NCBI GenBank assembly: GCA_965263355.1
Contig: CBDHHL010000056.1
Span: 1,312,001 to 1,376,000, forward strand
Reading direction: 5' to 3'
Source of the DNA: Leptolyngbyaceae cyanobacterium
Lineage (GTDB): Bacteria; Cyanobacteriota; Cyanobacteriia; Phormidesmidales; Phormidesmidaceae
Length of the DNA: 64,000 nt
Shown here: one piece after another, positions 61,889 through 64,000 of the stretch
Layout: each line of letters begins with the position of its first letter
Position numbering within the stretch: position 1 is the first letter of the stretch
Translations under genes and position numbers: made by a program
Notes under the pieces: model-generated
Told to the model about the DNA's origin: nothing
Seen by the model: the letters and a program-made list of their open reading frames with translations, nothing else
The model's database searches: none

Positions 61889-64000
61889 TCAGACATCCCA
61901 GTCATCGAAGACAGATAGAGACTCGCCCGGTGGCATGACCCGCCGATTTTGCACCACTTTGCGACTTTCTTGCAGGGTGGTCATATCAACTGAGATAGCG
62001 GCAAACTGCAATTCTAAACAACCTTGAGGGATTTGTACTCGCATTAAGGTCTCAAGTTCATTGTTGTCATTGGGGGTAAATTGCATCAACAGACGAGGGG
62101 AGTCGATTACCGTACGAGTTTGCAAATCATTCATCCATACTTTGACGTAGGGTTGATAGTTGCCTGCAGGTATGCGCACCCTGATGGCCAGCCACTCCCC
62201 TGAGACCAGTTCTTGCTGTGGTACGTCTAAGATTGGAGGATACACTTGAATGGGGTCAGCGGATTCCTGCTTTTCCTGTTTCTCGCTCCAACGGGACTCT
62301 CTGGGGGTGTCGTAAACCACAAATTCATTACTTCTTTGATAGTTCCCCTCTGGTGGCGGGTCAGATGTTTTTAAGGCACGCTTTACCTCTAGGGACTGAC
62401 GGTAACCGTCTTGGGTAAAGAGGCTAAGCTTTTGCCAAAATCGTTCCCGTAGTTGTAATTTCTCAAATGCGCGATCAATACTGACTGTGTTATCGACTCT
62501 GGTAGTCTGGGCCCATCGAGTGTCTAAGGGGGGCGTATGGAGGACGTCTGGAGCCGCAGAATTTTCAAGCAGCAGCGCTGCTGACGGGAAATCCTCGGCT
62601 GTGGGAGCCCCATCAAGGGCAGCCGTGGCGAGTTCTAAATCTAGATCGTCATCTTCAATACTGCTCAGTTCAAATATTTGGGGTTTAGCAAAGGCAGGTG
62701 GTTCCTCCACGGGGACGTCATTTTTTGGGGAGATAGTGCTCTCTGAAATCACATCAGGGGGATCAAACTCGAATTCATCGATGTCATCAGACTCATCAGG
62801 CTCATTCAAGGCCGGCTCTACTACCAACTCTTTGGGTTCATCTGCTTTAGACGTTTCTGAGGGTACATCTAGTGAGTCCTCTGCAGTCACACTGACATCA
62901 TCTGCTTGGAAACTGCTAATGTCAGGCGGAAATGTGGGCAGTTCTGGTTGACGGTCAGGATCAAGATCCTGCTCGCTGGGGGGAGTCAGTTGTGGTGGTA
63001 AGGTGAACCCTTCAGAAGGGATGATTTCCTTAGGAGCAATGGGAATTTCCTTTGTGAGTAGCGCTTCTGCTTTTGCTGGAGGAGGCACAAAGGCTTCAGT
63101 GGAACCTGGAAAAATGGAGATTTCTTCTTCAAACTCCAGGTTTGGCTGATTTGCGATCGCATCCAGCATTTGGGCCAAACCCAGGGTGACGGTAAATGAA
63201 GCAGAGGTTAAAACGGTCTCATCCTGCGAGCGATTGCGATCAATCAGCGAAATTGCTCCCAAAATTACTTGAGTGGATAAGTCCTCTGGCAGGGGAATCG
63301 TGACTGAAAACGGCGATGGAGGCTGAGGCACCTCAAAGAGTATTTCCTTAACTGTGCTGGCCGTTTGTGGATCCCGTAATTCCACTAAAAGCTGATAATG
63401 CGTCCTCAGGTAAGCGCCAGACGTTGGAAACAGCTGACCAGATAACGTTAACGGTTGTCCCAATTGGGTGACGTAGGCTTGTTGCTGGAGCTGCAACTGA
63501 AACTCAGTGGCCTGGACGGCATTACCATCAGTTGTGCCATCGGCAATTATCTCAGCATCAGACCGATACTCAGGACTGGCCCCATGGATCTCCAAAGGCT
63601 GCTTTTGACTGGATTCAGTTGTGTTCTCTGACCAGTCAGGATCCCAGTCATCCTCATCTCGCGGGGTAACCTGCAGCTGAACAGAGTAATGCCAGCTCCC
63701 CTCCCCCAGGAAATCATCGATCACATCAGGGCTATTACACTCAATTTCCCAGCGTCCAGCACTTAACTGAATAAATGGAAAAATGGCCAATAGTCCTGAA
63801 TCATTAGTATTAGCTTTACGCTTACGGACTCGACGACGGGGAGGGATTTCATCCAGCAGGAGTTGGCTAACCCGAATTTCCACAGATGTACTGTCATAGC
63901 TCGTATGGGCCGCCATCCGATAACGACCTTCTAAAATTTCTACCTGCCGTGTTTCCAGAGGCAGCCAGGTTTGATCACCTTCCTGCTGAATTAAAAACTC
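61889..64000 (-). CDS. Large cyanobacterial hypothetical protein with an acidic, Pro-rich middle; 5' end beyond the window
   Basis: The frame stays open to 64000 (EFLIQQEGDQTWLPLETRQVEILEGRYRMAAH...); likely folded N- and C-terminal domains flank a low-complexity linker. Confidence 0.8.
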   Translation of the reverse strand, partial: EFLIQQEGDQTWLPLETRQVEILEGRYRMAAHTSYDSTSVEIRVSQLLLDEIPPRRRVRKRKANTNDSGLLAIFPFIQLSAGRWEIECNSPDVIDDFLGEGSWHYSVQLQVTPRDEDDWDPDWSENTTESSQKQPLEIHGASPEYRSDAEIIADGTTDGNAVQATEFQLQLQQQAYVTQLGQPLTLSGQLFPTSGAYLRTHYQLLVELRDPQTASTVKEILFEVPQPPSPFSVTIPLPEDLSTQVILGAISLIDRNRSQDETVLTSASFTVTLGLAQMLDAIANQPNLEFEEEISIFPGSTEAFVPPPAKAEALLTKEIPIAPKEIIPSEGFTLPPQLTPPSEQDLDPDRQPELPTFPPDISSFQADDVSVTAEDSLDVPSETSKADEPKELVVEPALNEPDESDDIDEFEFDPPDVISESTISPKNDVPVEEPPAFAKPQIFELSSIEDDDLDLELATAALDGAPTAEDFPSAALLLENSAAPDVLHTPPLDTRWAQTTRVDNTVSIDRAFEKLQLRERFWQKLSLFTQDGYRQSLEVKRALKTSDPPPEGNYQRSNEFVVYDTPRESRWSEKQEKQESADPIQVYPPILDVPQQELVSGEWLAIRVRIPAGNYQPYVKVWMNDLQTRTVIDSPRLLMQFTPNDNNELETLMRVQIPQGCLELQFAAISVDMTTLQESRKVVQNRRVMPPGESLSVFDDWDV

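Overview
Window from a cyanobacterial chromosome. The psbEFLJ, ycf48, rubA, ndhCKJ and psaI genes, HIP1 octamers and an NtcA promoter support this; a filamentous Leptolyngbya-like lineage is my impression only. The left half (1-35.6 kb) is an accessory surface-polysaccharide region, AT-rich over about 8.7-24.7 kb and poor in HIP1. A minus-strand arm carries a WecB/TagA glycosyltransferase, an MBOAT/SGNH pair, a Wzx flippase, six GT4 glycosyltransferases, three FkbM and one other methyltransferase, an acyltransferase and a Wzy-like protein. It runs in the same direction straight into a complete lasso-peptide cluster: RRE/B1, peptidase B2, cyclase C, an unannotated 56-aa precursor at 2408-2578, an HPr-like kinase and an ABC exporter cut by the window edge. 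Divergent from this arm are wza, wzc, gmd and a methyltransferase, followed by a sulfotransferase. The right half is mostly core genome: ureEFG-urtABCDE (UrtD fused to a TerB-like domain), mscL, purU, a Ser/Thr kinase, hpxO-uraH-uraD urate catabolism, fur/futA with a piuC/Uma2 deletion scar, a secreted tandem-repeat protein, an Stf0 sulfotransferase, ndhCKJ, rubA-ycf48-psbEFLJ and psaI. The best candidate for an undescribed system is the lasso peptide plus kinase module attached to the end of the polysaccharide locus. Its core is long, lacks aromatic residues and is rich in Asn/Thr. All calls come from reading motifs by eye; no database searches were run.
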